Source of the DNA: Podarcis filfolensis
Taxonomy: Eukaryota
Strand: one strand, 5' to 3'
Assembly (NCBI GenBank): GCA_964270895.1
Contig: OZ185436.1
Length of the DNA stretch: 64,000 bases
Part shown: positions 24,258 to 38,404 of the stretch, in pieces
Layout: each line of letters begins with the position of its first letter
Position numbering within the stretch: the first letter of the stretch is position 1
Notes under the pieces: model-generated
Databases searched by the model: none
Told to the model about the DNA's origin: nothing
Seen by the model: the letters and a program-made list of their open reading frames with translations, nothing else
Translations under genes and position numbers: made by a program

Positions 24258-25804
24258 CTGCAGAAATATCATCAATCTAGCATTAGCCTTCCATAGTTAC
24301 AGCCTCAATCCTCTGGTTACAGGCAATTTTGCCCCTTTCCAGTAGTTTAAGAACAATTGCTAAGAATGAAGTCATTCCCCCCCCCAACCAGAAATAGTTT
24401 GCAAGGAGGAGAAATGGCCTCCAAGTTGTCATGCAAGAAGGATGGCATAAATATTTCCAGAAGAGATCGATGAGTGAAAGTGTTACGTTACCTCGCTTAA
24501 CTCATTCCCTTATGTTATTCCTTAGTCTAAAGAATTATGCGTGTCATGTTAAAACAAGGGAAGCTTAAGCTTCATCAGACCTCATGACCACAAGTATTTG
24601 GGGAATGCTTACTTGATTTAATTTTCCTGCAACAGTCTAAATATGCCGAAGTTTGTTGATACAAGACTATTGTCTTTAACAGTGCACAGTTGGCAACCCT
24701 GCCGTAGTCAACGCTTTAAGCACATTACAGCTCGCAAGAGGCCCGCCAGAATCCCCACCAATTTGTACAAGGCTGAAAAGGATTGCCATTCATTTTGATC
24801 TGGGGCCAGAAGGTAACAAAGCCCTGCATCTATTTCAAGCTGTACTGTGATCCAAGAGTAGAAAAAGGTGTCTGCCATATGACCAGCAAGCCAGCGGGGG
24901 ACTTTCTGTCCATTATGACTCCTGAATGGAGCATTAACTTGCTAAAGTGAAGCAGAGGGGAAATGATCCTGGGGTTCAGTTTTGAGTACCCATCTTTAAG
25001 GTAGGAACTCCCAAAAATGTGTAAAATGTAGTATCCTAACTGCTAAGTTTCACTTATTTTTTTGCCAAGTCTGAGACAAGGAAAAGAATGACGGTCTGAA
25101 ATCCTGAAACAGTCAAGTTGCATAAAAATTCACAGATCATGTCCAAGTTATCTCAAGCAGCTGAGGAGTATTTCAAACAATTAATACAAGTTCCATTAGT
25201 TTCCAATATTTACACTTCCCCAGGTAAACCTGGGGAACTCCTCAGCCACACAGCTCATTTGGTTATCAGTTTGACACACACAGCCTCTTATTTATATTCC
25301 ATTCAGGCAGATAAGCAAAGAAATGCAGGCACCTGATACCATCTTGTCTAGTTTGGCCTAACCTTTCTTCCCCTTTTGCATGTTTGCTTCACATTTCTTG
25401 AGCAATGTTGTCATGAAACATTATTACTGAACGTTTTTTGCTACACACACACACCCTTTTGTCCAAGAGCTTTGCACCATAGATAGTGAAGTAGAAGTTC
25501 AAGCCTTTCCAAACCCACTAAAGCAGTTGCACAGCTCAGATTACTTCTGTAAACAAGGCGGTTATCACACCCAAAGAACCAGTCATTTCAAATTTCCAGC
25601 CACGTTTACCTAGTCTCCTCTTGTGCAATTAGATATGAGAGAGAGAAAAGAGCGGCTCCATTTCACTTCTGGAGTTTCCCCAGGGGATAAAGTCAACATA
25701 CAGATACCAGAATCACAAGCCGATGGATTACACTTTTAAGCCCTTTGCAAACTTCCCTGGCCCCACCCCAAAGCCCCAGCAATGCTAAGAAGCCGAGCAC
25801 TTAC

Positions 25805-25942
25805 TTGGTCCTTTTATTGCCACATGGATATCTCCACTCCCTGCGGCTTTAGTATCAACCTTGAAGTCTGCGGTTTCTCTGATCCGAACTCCTTTAGGTT
25901 GGAGGCCTCTACCACTGGCACGGCAGGCATTTGGATTGCACG
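25805..25942 (-). CDS. FLNB: FLNB exon 9 (138 nt): [45 protein letters not shown]
   Basis: AG at 25943-25944, GT at 25803-25804. Confidence 0.96.
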
Positions 25943-27708
25943 CTGCAAGCGAATTGCAGACAGACATCAATACAGCCTTTGATTCCTAGAGATATTTAAC
26001 TTAGCCAAGCTAGTCTGGAACGGTTTCTCTCAGCTTGCTTTAAGATGGATGAGATTTTAAGTTTATGAAATGTAAAACCTGAACACCATTTTGCAGTCTT
26101 AAGGAGGCAAGACTGAGGCTGTCAATGCACATTATATTAACATAAAACTGGGGGCTGCATGTTTTTTGCTTCACTATGTACAAACACAAGTCTCGTTTAA
26201 ATGAACTAAACTAAGAAATTTACATCAGCATGAGAGACCAGGGAAACTGGAGAAACTTGTTGGTTTGTTTTAAAAAAAAGGAAAGTGTTTTTGGCCTTAC
26301 AATAGTAAAAGGAGCAAAGTATCCTCATTTTCAAAATTTCACACTTAGGAGGGCATATTGCCTTAGGGCATGCATGCAGATGAAACCTTCCAGTTTGAAT
26401 CAGACTTTTTTTTTTCCCCAGTGAAGTCTCAGGTTCCAAGGGGTGAGGGGTGAAGAAGAGGGCAAGAAGTGAAACATAGCATGAGACAGGGAGCATCTCA
26501 TAGAGATGTTGCACCTTGCATGGTTGAGACAGTGTTGCTATGCTGATCCTGCTATTGCCCCTAAATTAGCAAATTTAATCCCCAGAGGAAGCCCCATGCA
26601 GATGTGCCTGAAATGAACAATACCATGGAGGTGGGGAAATATAATTCACACACAAGAGTTTAAACATGCTTTCCTGAACACCGTCACCATTAGGGAAAGC
26701 AGGTCTGTATGCAGAAACCACTGGATACAATGTGAAAAAGACCACATACAGAATGATGATTTATGGGAGGTAAGCAGGCTCACAGTTGTCAGTATTTGGC
26801 CTAGCCGTGAAATTGGACTGTGAGGCATGCGGGCTTGGGCTCCCAACAGCTCAACTCCATGCATTTCCTTCTGGAGTTGGCAACCATTTCCTTGGAGGGA
26901 AAACTAATTCATCCCACGAAAAGCTGTCCTGCTGCAAGCATGCAGGGAATTCTCATCCCCAGCCAATCTGCATTGACTACTTCTACATCCATCTGTAGAT
27001 GCAACAAACAGGGGATGTAGCAGCAAGCCGAAGTTCAGTTTCAAGCTCCTTGCAACAAAGTTTGGCAGTTTGTGGTTAAGCCGTTTGACTTCTTGCGAGA
27101 CTGCCTGAAGCCTGACCTGCCGCTTGCAACATTTTCATACAACCCAGCCACTTCTGCTTAGGGCTGCAAACCTGCCTGCTGACTAGGTGTTCAGAAAAAA
27201 ACGCAGCAACACAAGTTCACCCTGCACACCCTCTTACCGACAGAGCTTGCCCAACTATGAAGCCAATAGCAGTGAAGTCCAACATCTCACAAATTGAAAG
27301 TAGCTCAGGAGAGGTGAGCAGAGGTCTGAAAGCACAGGAGCAGGCAAGGATGGAATAGAAAGCCAAGTGTCAGTTCAAGAAGGGAAGAGAGTTGTGATAC
27401 AAAATAAAGTGAATATAGTTGGTTTTAAAGAGACACAGCAAGAAAGCTCAATTCTAAAAGTGTAAGAAGGAGCAATGCGGTCATTTAGGATGACAAGACT
27501 GATAAAACCCAGTTAGTTAAATGTGACAAGATACTAACACTTAAAAGTCCTTTTTTGGGGAAATGACTTTCATGCAAGAATTGAACTGCTTTATCCAAGC
27601 CAAAAGACTAAATTCCCACGTTTAGAGAGTCTCATAGATACTGCACTTAATGTGCACATGTATCCAGTAATATGGTTAAATAGTTATACGTCTGCCCAAA
27701 ACACATAC

Positions 27709-27906
27709 CTTCACCAACATGAATACCCCAAGGGCTTTTGGGAATTTGCTCTCCAGCAAACGCCACTTTAATGGTATGGGGACCAGCTTGAAGAGGTTTG
27801 TACACACAACGATAGACTTGATTCCCTTTGTCTTCTATTGCAACTTCCACAGGGTTCTTCCCTTGAGGATCTTCAACTTCTACACCTATATCACCAACAC
27901 CAGCCC
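27709..27906 (-). CDS. FLNB: FLNB exon 8 (198 nt): AGVGDIGVEVEDPQGKNPVEVAIEDKGNQVYRCVYKPLQAGPHTIKVAFAGEQIPKSPWGIHVGE
   Basis: AG at 27907-27908, GT at 27707-27708. Confidence 0.96.
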
Positions 27907-29366
27907 CTACAAGATACAAAATAGGAGCTCAAAAATTATTTCCACAATTAGGGAAGTCTCCCAGTTTTTTATATTGGCCAGTAGCAATCCCAGTGGAAAG
28001 AGGGCCAAGGAAATACACACTCTATATAGCCAAATTGGGGTGTTGGGAAATGGGACACGGAGACCATCTCCCCTCAAGAACACATTGTTTTGTCACGAAT
28101 TTCCAGTTTAGCTTTTCCAAAAAGAACCCATAAGCTATTGAGTATGATAATGATCCATAACAAAAAGCAGGAGGACCTCAAGGTTTGCAGCCTGAGGAAA
28201 TGAGTTGCGAAATGCCTGATAATACATCCTTGACATTTGCAGCCAGAATTGTCCTTATCTTTATACCAAGGTCCTGCCTGCTTGTTTTGCAGAAAACGCT
28301 GCTAGATTTATTTAGACTTATGTCTACCAGTTTTCCCATTTGGAAGGATTTAAAAGCAGCTTTAGTTTTGCAATATAGCCCATCAAGACTCGCACCCCCA
28401 GTTGGGAAAATCCTCATTATACTCAATTCGCAGTCACCTTTTTGTTTAAGTTACTACTGCAAAATTCTAGCGCTATAAACTCCTAAGTCTAGTACTCAGT
28501 AAGTTCGTCTTAAGTGACTTCGGAAGAAACAATAGCGAAGCTACTATGCCACAGACATGCTATGCATTCCCAAGAACAATGAAGAATGCTTAGTTCAAAT
28601 GCATGAACATCATGCACCTTGCACAAAAAGCTTATACTCTGCACTCCCTGAACACAGACACATTGGTAACCTTTCTTGCCAAAGAAACCCAAGGCCGTTG
28701 CCATCCGATTGGTAAATCAGAAAAAATGATGTGAATTCATATCAATGCCTACTAAAAAAAAAACACCTGTTGGAAGACTAGTAAGTGTTGGTATGAGGCA
28801 GGCTTCTGTACTTCTGTACCAAAGAGATGTAAAGCAGATATACACCCCTTCATGTCCAAACTAGGTGTTGTTAATTAAGTACTGTGGCCAAGAATTGCAA
28901 ATTGAACCCTGAAGCTTCAAATGCATCTTCAGCATCCTTAACCCATTTATTTGCATTTATTCTATCTAGCAAGATTCATATACCACTTCATAAAAAAATA
29001 TGTCAGTGTTTGTATAAAGTGGCATGATATTAATTAAAAACAGAAATAAAGACAACCCTTTAAAAACACCACAAATAATAAAAATTTAATAACAGTAAAT
29101 GCCCAACCCATGGAGCACTGTGCATTCCTTCCACCCTCACATATGCTCTGTGTCAGGGGAGGAGTCTCTGGCTATGAATCCAATTCCCATCACTCCTGAT
29201 GTCTGGAAAGGTATGATTCAGTGCCCAAAAACATCTGCAGAGCCTCAGGGTCCCTATCCTGTGTGGACACTATAGGGAGAAGTAACATCATGGCCCATAC
29301 GAAGAGAAGGCAAGCCTGCTCACAGCTCCATGTCACAAAGGAAGGAATCTATTCAGCCCATCTTAC

Positions 29367-29529
29367 CTGCTGTGTAAATTTCAAAGTAAGTAGGTTTATT
29401 GGCTATATTTCCTGTTACTTCCAAGCCTGGTCCTTTTGCAGTCACTTTGCTGGCATCTCCCTGGGCTTTATCAACATTTACTTCAAACGGGCTCTTTGCA
29501 ATGTGCTGGCCAGCAAACAGAACTGTAAC
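29367..29529 (-). CDS. FLNB: FLNB exon 7 (163 nt): [54 protein letters not shown]
   Basis: AG at 29530-29531, GT at 29365-29366. Confidence 0.96.
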
Positions 29530-30095
29530 CTAGAAGTGTAGTAACAGTATTCAAGTTAGATATGCACCGCTGCAAGCAGGTAGCCAGTTTGCATTCACTC
29601 AATAGCAGATCCAGAGGAGTTCTGAATTCACAAGCTGACATTTAAAAGCCAATTTTAAAAAAACAAAACTTCTGGAGAAGTCTGCAGGCCCAACACTGAA
29701 TGTGGTATTGCCAGCTACCATATCCAGCTACCATATCCAGATGAATTATGCACATTTTTACAGGCAAAACATATTTTAATAGGGCATTGAACGTCAATCA
29801 ACCATATAGTTCACTTTCTCAACAAAAGAGAAGGCAGGATAAAAAAGGCAGCTTAGCTACTCTAAAATAAAACTGACTACCAGTGTTGCCTCCACCTCCT
29901 CTTTTACCTGAACAATTGTTAGACCAGCCAATCAGTACTTTAAGCCGGGGGGGGGGGGAGCGTTGTCGCTCTCAACTACAGCTACAAAACTAGACCAACT
30001 TGTTTTGAGATAGTATTACAACAACATTGTCCTGAGCAAAATGTACTTGGCAGCTAAAACTCACGTCTCCCTCCAGAATCTTCAGATATTCTTAC

Positions 30096-30173
30096 CTTGT
30101 GAGGTCCTGTAACCTTTGGGAGGTACTGAACAGCGTAAGTCTTGTTCTTATCGTTGTCAGGAGTCACTATGGC
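30096..30173 (-). CDS. FLNB: FLNB exon 6 (78 nt): AIVTPDNDKNKTYAVQYLPKVTGPHK
   Basis: AG at 30174-30175, GT at 30094-30095. Confidence 0.95.
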
Positions 30174-30556
30174 CTAAGAAAGAGGAAGGCATTAGGCAAC
30201 TCAGTCATGCTTAAGTTTCTTGATCTTTTTCACTGGGTATCGTGGTCATTTTATGTGGTCATTTTATGATTTTAATTCTACACATTGTGCCTATTTTTAT
30301 AGTGACATTTTTGTAGCCTGCGCTGGAGAGCATTTTGTAAAAGGTGGGCTAAGAGTACAAATAAATAAAATGCCAGGAATTAAAATTAGGACCTTCTATA
30401 TGGCCTGTACCCCTTAACTATGGTCCATCCTCATGATTCATGAAACTCACTCAAATGCCAACACACTTGAAAAGGATTCCTTTTCCATAGTGTAAGATAG
30501 TAGTAAGTGGTCAACCCATTTCCCTTCCCTGGCCCAAGACCTCTCAATATGCATAC

Positions 30557-30675
30557 CTCTTCTCTGTTTCCTTCTGGATCTTCTACAAAAACCAATACCT
30601 CGCCTTGGCCAGCACTGATGGTGTCAACACTGAATTTGGCAGGCTGTTTCACCATATTTCCATGTGGTTCAATTC
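30557..30675 (-). CDS. FLNB: FLNB exon 5 (119 nt): [39 protein letters not shown]
   Basis: AG at 30676-30677, GT at 30555-30556. Confidence 0.96.
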
Positions 30676-32214
30676 CTGCAGGAATAAAAGGCTGTGCTTA
30701 GCTGGCTGTAAAGACGACACGCAGAAAGTTTTTACTTGATAAACTGTGATGCAAGTACAGTATTTCCTAGAATTATCAGCACCAATTTGTAGCTATCCTT
30801 GCTCTTAATGTAGCATCAGGACAGAATGGTGAAGAAAAGAAGCACTTTCCACAAAATATGGGAGGTTCAATTTGTGGCTAACGTGGTTAATTGCTACTGA
30901 CAGACGGTGATGAGGCTGGTCTTAGCTACCGTCACATTAAACTGCATTTTTTAAATAAATGTAAATACATACTTCTCAATGTACACATTTCCAAATGAAT
31001 TTTATCCTAACGAACAGGTTTTGAGTAGCGAATTGTACTTCAAAATTTGGAGGTGTGCAGAATCCAAAAAAACTGTGTATTCATCTGTGATGTGTGAATT
31101 AGGTGTTTGCTTTAAAATTCTTAGTGTTGCTTAAAAAAGAAAAAATCTAGCGTTGACAACATCGATACCCTAGATTTTGGTAGCTTTCTGAATATACACG
31201 TGCATTAGTTTTTCATGGTCTTCACAGGATCCCTGCTTGTTTTCCTTTGGTAGAACTTCTGTTCCTCTCCAGGTTCTCATCCCATCCCGTCTCATTGCAA
31301 CCCCACTCACCAGCCTGCCTCCATCCACCTCCAGTTCCCTTGTCACTCACCCACCCAAACCATGCCCCTCTTACAGCTTGGCCAAATGGCAGCCCAAGTC
31401 AGCTATGGAGGAATAGGTTAGGGAAGCTCCTCAGCAGACACGCCTCATACTGAGGTCACCTAAGCTGCTGAGGTTCACAACGAGAACAGCAGGATGCTTG
31501 CTGGGGAACCCTGCGTGTTTCTCTATAACTTGCCCAGACCACCCACCACTGACAACACTCACCTGGGCCAACCATTCACCCACCTGCCTAGGATGCCTTC
31601 CTGCTAACCCTCTGCCTGGGCAGTCTGCCTATCAGCAGTCATGAAAACTGCAGTGTAACAACATTCTTACCATCTTAATATACACCAAGATATATTGTAT
31701 TTTGCTGTATTATTTGAACACAAACTGATGCAATTTGTGCAAAATAAAAGCAGCATTCAAAATACAATTAAAAACCATACAGCACAGTGCATTACAATTG
31801 CTACAACAGGCAGAAATACCATTAAGTGAACTGGACCCTCTGCAACTTTCTAGGTGGTCCATGATGGAAAAATGTTTGGGAACCACTGCCTTACACGAAG
31901 CAACTGGTCCCCTCCCACTGACAGTGATGAAGTTTAGGTTTACATCTTAGAACAAGACAATAGCCTTGCTAAACTGGTTCTCAAAGTGGGAATTTTCATG
32001 TGAAAGTAGGAGTGGCTTTTGGACTATTTCCACATTTTTCTGAATCTCAGCACTGCACTAAACGAATACAATGCAACTTGGAAGTTTGTCTACAAACATG
32101 ATTTAAATAGAGCAAGAACCAACTGGTCTTTTAAAGCACAATAGTTTTGAATGTATGTAACAAGATAAAAGAAACAATACACGCAAGTTATAAGAAAAGC
32201 ATTTTAGACCTCAC

Positions 32215-32362
32215 CTCTGCCATACGCCCTTGCCTTCTTTGGATTAAGCTTAGGCTTCAAAGGAGCACCAGGTTTCAGCTTTGCTTTGGGAAACTGTGAC
32301 AAGTAGGTCATTACAGAGTGTTCATCCACATCAGGGTGTATGATTTCTTCGGGAGCGATGAC
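32215..32362 (-). CDS. FLNB: FLNB exon 4 (148 nt): [49 protein letters not shown]
   Basis: AG at 32363-32364, GT at 32213-32214; end of CH2. Confidence 0.97.
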
Positions 32363-33439
32363 CTGGTAAATAAGGACATATTTTCATTAGGATTACAACA
32401 TGTGAATCAGAGTTCCCCTCATGCATTCCTACACATCCAAATCACTGCCTGTCCAATAATTCCCTAAGTTTGGAAATATAGTTAACCAGTAGCATTCCTA
32501 AGAGCAAGAAGCCTTTTGAAAAATTACACCATGCAATTGCAACACATAGAATAAGTGCACTTTATTTGCACACATAGCTTTGTAACTCGGTCATTTGCAG
32601 TTGAGTTACTACTGCCAGTCAAAAAGTTATGATGCCACCTTCCTCCCAACAGCCAATCGCTTGAAGTTGCACTGAGTGTTTTACTGGTCCCCCTAAACAC
32701 TGCCTAGGTTCTATGTACAAACATTTTTAGACCTGTCAAATAAATACTTCAGTAGCACCAATTCAAAAGTACATAACAGCAGTCAAGGCTCTTAATCTTA
32801 GAGAAACGCCGAGGCAGATTTATTGAACTGGCACTGGCACAGTAAGTCGTAAGTGCTTTCTTTTACTGGAACAAATAATGGGCATAATATGAGTTATTTC
32901 AATAAAGGCAGAGGACTATAAAGTGTTTCTAGCAGGGATAGGATCCAGCCCAACCTTTAGAGGAAGGGGGGCTTCTATCCTTGTAAAAATGAGAGGGGAA
33001 ACTCAAGTTTTTCAATATTGTACGTTTGCGATTTATGCACATTTAATTTGTGTGCATTCAGCTTTATGGGCTTGGCAAATAAAAATAAAAGGGGTGCATG
33101 GGGATCCAGGTAGCAACTGACAATTCCACCTACCATTGAACCCAACAGAACTTTGGATTTAGGCACAATTCCCAGAATGTAACCCATGCATAAGTTACGG
33201 GCTTACTGTACACTAAAGGGGCAGCTTTCAAGGAAGCAGTCTCATCAAACGTATTCTGTGTGGAGGACCCACTGTTTTTAATCATTTGAGACGATGACAT
33301 TTCATACCACAGCAGGTATTTTTAAGCACAGCTGAATTTGTGGGACCGGGACCATCAGATGCTACAAGCAAAATTATTTCTGTTCATATCCTGCCACCTG
33401 GATATGCTGAAGCTCAAATATCATTTCTCTTCTCCATAC

Positions 33440-33537
33440 CTGAGGGACACCCAGCCAGTCATCTGCTTGCTGCATGGCTTCACGGGCATTATCAACAGGC
33501 TTCTTAGGGTCCCAGGTTTCCCAGTCTGGGCAGAGAC
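33440..33537 (-). CDS. FLNB: FLNB exon 3 (98 nt): [32 protein letters not shown]
   Basis: AG at 33538-33539, GT at 33438-33439. Confidence 0.97.
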
Positions 33538-34679
33538 CTAGCGAAGCAAGAATTATAAAGTTTAAAATACTATGAACATCAGGAAGCATTTACACTTAGC
33601 ATAAATCCATTTTAATTTTAGCTAGCAACTGTCAAGGTCTACCCACAGAAGTGCACTTGCATTACACAAGAGTAGGAAGTGGAGATTATAGCCTGGTAGC
33701 CAAGGTTTTCAGACTGCAAAGTCAGGATATGTGAGATAAATCCTGTTCGTATTGTTTGGCCTCCACTCCCATTTGTGAGGAAAGAGATTCAATGCCAATC
33801 TGAGATCTAACAGATTGGAACTGCCTACTATCCACTGAGCTACACTGACTGCTGAACCACTGATTGGCTTTTCCAGTACTCCATGCTGCCAGTCTGGTCA
33901 AATTCTATGATTCTAACAAACTGCTCTCTCATTTACAATATGCAGTAACTAAAGATTACCCTAAAATTCTGGATGCAACATTTATCAAGTTGTTCTGCAG
34001 TGCTGAATTTTCAGAAAATTGTTTCGCCAGAAGTAGGAACAAATAAGATGCTAAAGAATCCTATTGACAACAGAAGGAGTAGCCAAAATGGTCTTCTGCC
34101 ACACTCTCACCAACCCCGGCCAGGGGTGACAGCAGGTTAGTCCACCAACATCCTTCTTTTCTTAGCTCAGAAACAGGTGCCAACATCTATAAGGCTACTG
34201 GCTACTCCTGGATCACAAGAAGGTTAACTTAGCCAATAGTCTTCTCATTCACTTGAGAGTTGGGTGCAGCAAAGGTAACAGCTCGTAAACACGACAAAAC
34301 AGCTCTACTGCTGCATTTACATCCAGGATATTTTGTTAAAAAAACAACTGTAGAAAAGCTTTTAGGAATCCGTGCAATACTTCATGAAGCTAAAAACGTG
34401 CTGCTCAACAACTATGATTGGACATTTTGGAATCCATAAAATATGTACCAAGTTTTTTTTATGATGCATTGCAAACTTAAGGCAATGCCTAAAAGTTGTG
34501 AAACCTTCATTAAGGGTTCCTGACTTTTATACAGACATTTAGAGCTTGTTTTCATAGGTGTGACTTCTAGTCAAGTACAGGACTTCTCAAAGCAAGGGAA
34601 TCTTATTTACATTAAGGTAAAGATAAATCAACTGCTACTGACATAGGGTGAGAAAATGGAAAGGTCACAGGTGGCTTAC

Positions 34680-34928
34680 CTGGAGCACAGCTATCAACGA
34701 GGGCACCTAATGCTTTGCCATCTTGCCAATTTTGGTTGAAGTTCGTTATTGGCAAATAAGGGATTTTGTTCTGAATCCATCCCAAGAGTCTCTGTTTGGG
34801 AGTCTGTTTCTTGGCATCGTCATCTCCTTCATCTTCCCACACTGGCATAGAGATTGAGTAATGGAGGATAAGGGTCCATACTAACCCTAGGATTAGCTTC
34901 AAGTTCCCATCAACAATAGCTTTACTAT
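34680..34928 (-). CDS. FLNB: FLNB exon 2 (249 nt): [82 protein letters not shown]
   Basis: AG at 34929-34930, GT at 34678-34679; CH1/CH2. Confidence 0.98.
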
Positions 34929-37419
34929 CTGAAAAGAAGAAAAAACACAGAATTACTACTAAAACCACCATTAGGCATCAAGTCAAACTGAAAGGTAACA
35001 AATCCACTTAAAGGCATTTGCTTTGAGCCACCAATCTAACTGTGCAGGAGTCAGGTGGATAGTATGATTGGCAGACACACTGGTTCTTTCTATCTACCTA
35101 GGTCTCTATTGAGATCTTTTTACACATACTTTACTATACGTTTGATTCATGGCTGGAGTAGCTTCCTCCAAGTTTCTTCTCAAGCCATCAGTTCAGCTGC
35201 CTACTGTCAACAGACAGATCATAATAATGTGCACTTGGGAACTAGGACAACCAGCCTATTGTCCTCATTCTAGGACCTTGCCCTGAAGGAGAGCATAAAC
35301 ACATTTATATACTTTCATTATGCACCTCCATAGTAAGTGGCAGCAAGCCAATCATACTAACTGGTGGATATCCCAAAAGGGTAGAAATCCTTTGCTCTGG
35401 TTTCTCTTCAAGAGTGAATCAACCATAATTTAAGATTAATGTTTTACTCAGCTTCTTACAGAATCTGCATAATTGCAAAATTAAGCAGATTGGCAGCAAC
35501 AGACCTTGGGTTTAAAAATGGGGGTGGAAACCATGAGCTATTTCTACAACACAAACCTTTCTTGTAGAAAAGTACATTACATGGTGAATAAGATATACAA
35601 AGACAAGATGGAACCAATCTGCATCAGTCATTTAGAATTTAGAGAACAAAAGGAGCATTTACACAGCTAGATTTCCATCCTGTTGCATATTTGGCTATAG
35701 CTTATTCACATCAATATGAAAATGTTATTTTTAGTCCAAGTATTCCCCCTCCTTATCACTCAACTATTAGTAGCAGACTTTCTACCAAGCTAGAAATTCC
35801 TTAGTACCCTAGTCAACATTTGCCCAGGACACATCAGTATGTTGATGAAACTAGAAAGCCAAACAGATGAATGTGCTTCTAAAATGGCATCATGCCGACA
35901 AAACTGGACTTGGAAAGCAAACTTCCCTACTACCTAGCTCAGATGTATAATAAGCAAAAGTTCATTTCTATATTGACTCGTACAACAGCTATTTGTGACT
36001 GGGTACCAAAGAGATCTAGAAATAAACTTAAAATGAGTCCTTGCATAAGTGATACTGCGGCTAGAAAACTTATGAAGCGGTTTGCAGTGTACCACCACTC
36101 TGGCCAGTAGTAAAACCAAAATCACACCAGGGAAATTTAAAGATTCATAGTTATGAAAACAAGTCCTTCCTGGGAACTCTTATCCAAATATTTTCAGGAC
36201 TCACATCAAGCCCTGTTTGCCAGGTCTGTTTGAACTAGACCTGGACTCACAGACTATGGGAAGGCACTGTCTCATGATGAGGAACTGCTCACCTACACAA
36301 CTCTCTCCATTGCAAAGCTCTATTGTAATGTTTCTGGCCCCAAGCACAAATATATTTCATGAGCAATTAACAGTGGAATTTCTATCTAGCCACTGTCATT
36401 TGCTAATTGCATCTTAAAACTGCTTAAGCAATACAGCTTCAGTCTGGAGGTTATGAAGGTACATGGCCTGAGGAACAGTGTTTAGCTAAATTGCAACATT
36501 TAAGCTGTAGACTCACACAAGCCAGGTTTGCAGGGCAGATCAACTGCTGAAGATAAGTTAGCTTTGTGGCTGCATACTGGTCTTTTAACATGTGAAGTCT
36601 GAGATTTGTCGGATTCCAGAGGGCCATTGCTCAATTCAGTATACAGCTACAATATGCACACAAGATTTAAAGGGGTGTGCAATCGCCTCTTCTCACGGCT
36701 GCAAGGGCTTGCAAGAAAACAGTAGCCTAAAGTAATTCCACCAGTGAACCAAAAGTTGCACAAAGTGTAGGAACTCATTTTGCACCAATTGGACATTTCC
36801 TCCTTATGTGGAAAACATTTCTACTCAACAACTAGTAATGTGTTTGGGTAGCAGGCACCAAATTTTTACCTGCGCATTTCCTAACTGAATCACTGTATTT
36901 TAGATAATATGCGGTCATATTAGGGCAGGCCCTACATTAGCTGCTGAGGGCTAGAGCTATGAATTGAGTTGCTTAGAGCCATTAGCCACAGAGAGAGATT
37001 TACAAGCATCACTGAAGAAAAACGGTTCAGTAAGAAGCAGGCTTCCATAGTGATACAGGCACTGCAGGTCAAAAGTGCTCCAAATTTAAGGCTGCAACTT
37101 TGTCTATAGAAACACAATGGGGAGGCCTTCATATGATCTTGTGTGGTAACTACTAGAGCATGGGCAGATAACTTGTGGTCCTGCAGATGTTACTGAACTA
37201 CCATCAGCCCCAGTGAGCAAAGCCAATGGTCACAGATGATGGGAGTTATGGTCCAACAACATCCAGAGCTATGTTAGAAGCTCATATATAAGTTCATTAC
37301 CAAATGGCACCTTCAACCTAGGTTATGGTCATAACAACAATACTGTCTAGTTGCCTTTTGGGAGTGGGGATTTAATTATTATTCATTTCATTTCTATATC
37401 ATTTTATGCAGTGATATAA

Positions 37420-38090
37420 GTTTAAAAAACTGCTCCTTTCCCCTTATGGGGTACCCAAGAGTCCTTTTGTAGGTTCTCTATTGGTAGGAGAAAATAACAG
37501 AGACCAGCCAGAGAATATTGAGAAGCAAAGCAGCTAGTAAGCCTGATCTTTATTGACCGTTGCAACAGGGTGCTCCCCCACACGCAGGAGAGGAGGAGGA
37601 GGACCTCGAACAATGGTGCGCAAGGCCTTATATATCCATTTTGAAATTTCCTGCCCTGGAGCTCCAGACCACCCCTCCATACATAAATCACAGAAGGGGT
37701 GTAGCCCAAGACCACCCCCCACAAATATCATACCTATATCACAGAAAAGGCGGTCTACAACAGAAATTTGATGGTGGTTGTTTTTCCTATCTGCCAGGTT
37801 ATCTGATAATGCCTTATCTGATTGCCTTTTCTGGTAGTCTGGTAGCCATTCCTTTTGAGATAGTAATTAGTTAATTCCTGGGACAATGGGAAGGTGGGTT
37901 TTTTTATTATTTTCTCCCTCCTTGCAGAGAAACATTTGGTCAGTTTGGGAGTTAAAATGGTTTCAGGGCTGTCTTCCTGTGCTGCTTCAGACATGTGGTT
38001 TATATATTTATGTACGTGTTTGCTTGGTACATTTATGAACATGACATACCTAAGACCTTAAAATTCTTATAAAAGCAGTTTATAGCACAT
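37420..38090 (-). mobile_element. Probable ERV-like solo LTR (boundaries approximate)
   Basis: On the minus strand: imperfect tandem enhancer-like repeats, TATATAA (37628-37634), then AATAAA (37549-37554) about 75 nt later and a pyrimidine-rich U5-like tail. No TSD identified. Confidence 0.5.
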
Positions 38091-38189
38091 TAAAACAGCA
38101 AATAAAACAATCCAAAATAAAATAGTGACAAGACATCTCCGCCGATCAGCTGACTGACTGTCTATGCTAGAGAAGACAAGTTTAGCATA

Positions 38190-38404
38190 CAGTGGTACCT
38201 CAGGTTAAGAACTTAATTCATTCCGGAGGTCCGTTCTTAACCTGAAACTGTTCTTAACCTGAAGCACCACTTTAGCTACTGGGGCCTCCCGCTGCCGCCA
38301 CGCGATTTCTGTTCTCATCCTGAAGCAAAGTTCTTAACCCGAGGTACTATTTCTGGGTTAGCAGAGTTTGTAACCTGAAGCGTCTGTAACCTGAGGTACC
38401 ACTC
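38190..38404. mobile_element. Tc1/mariner MITE (same family and orientation as 9157)
   Basis: TA-CAGTGGTACCTC ... GAGGTACCACT. Confidence 0.88.

Noticed and set aside
29711-30268. Short tandem duplications (CCAGCTACCATAT x2 at 29711; GTGGTCATTTTAT x2 near 30242)
   Set aside because: Ordinary slippage-type micro-duplications with no sign of function.
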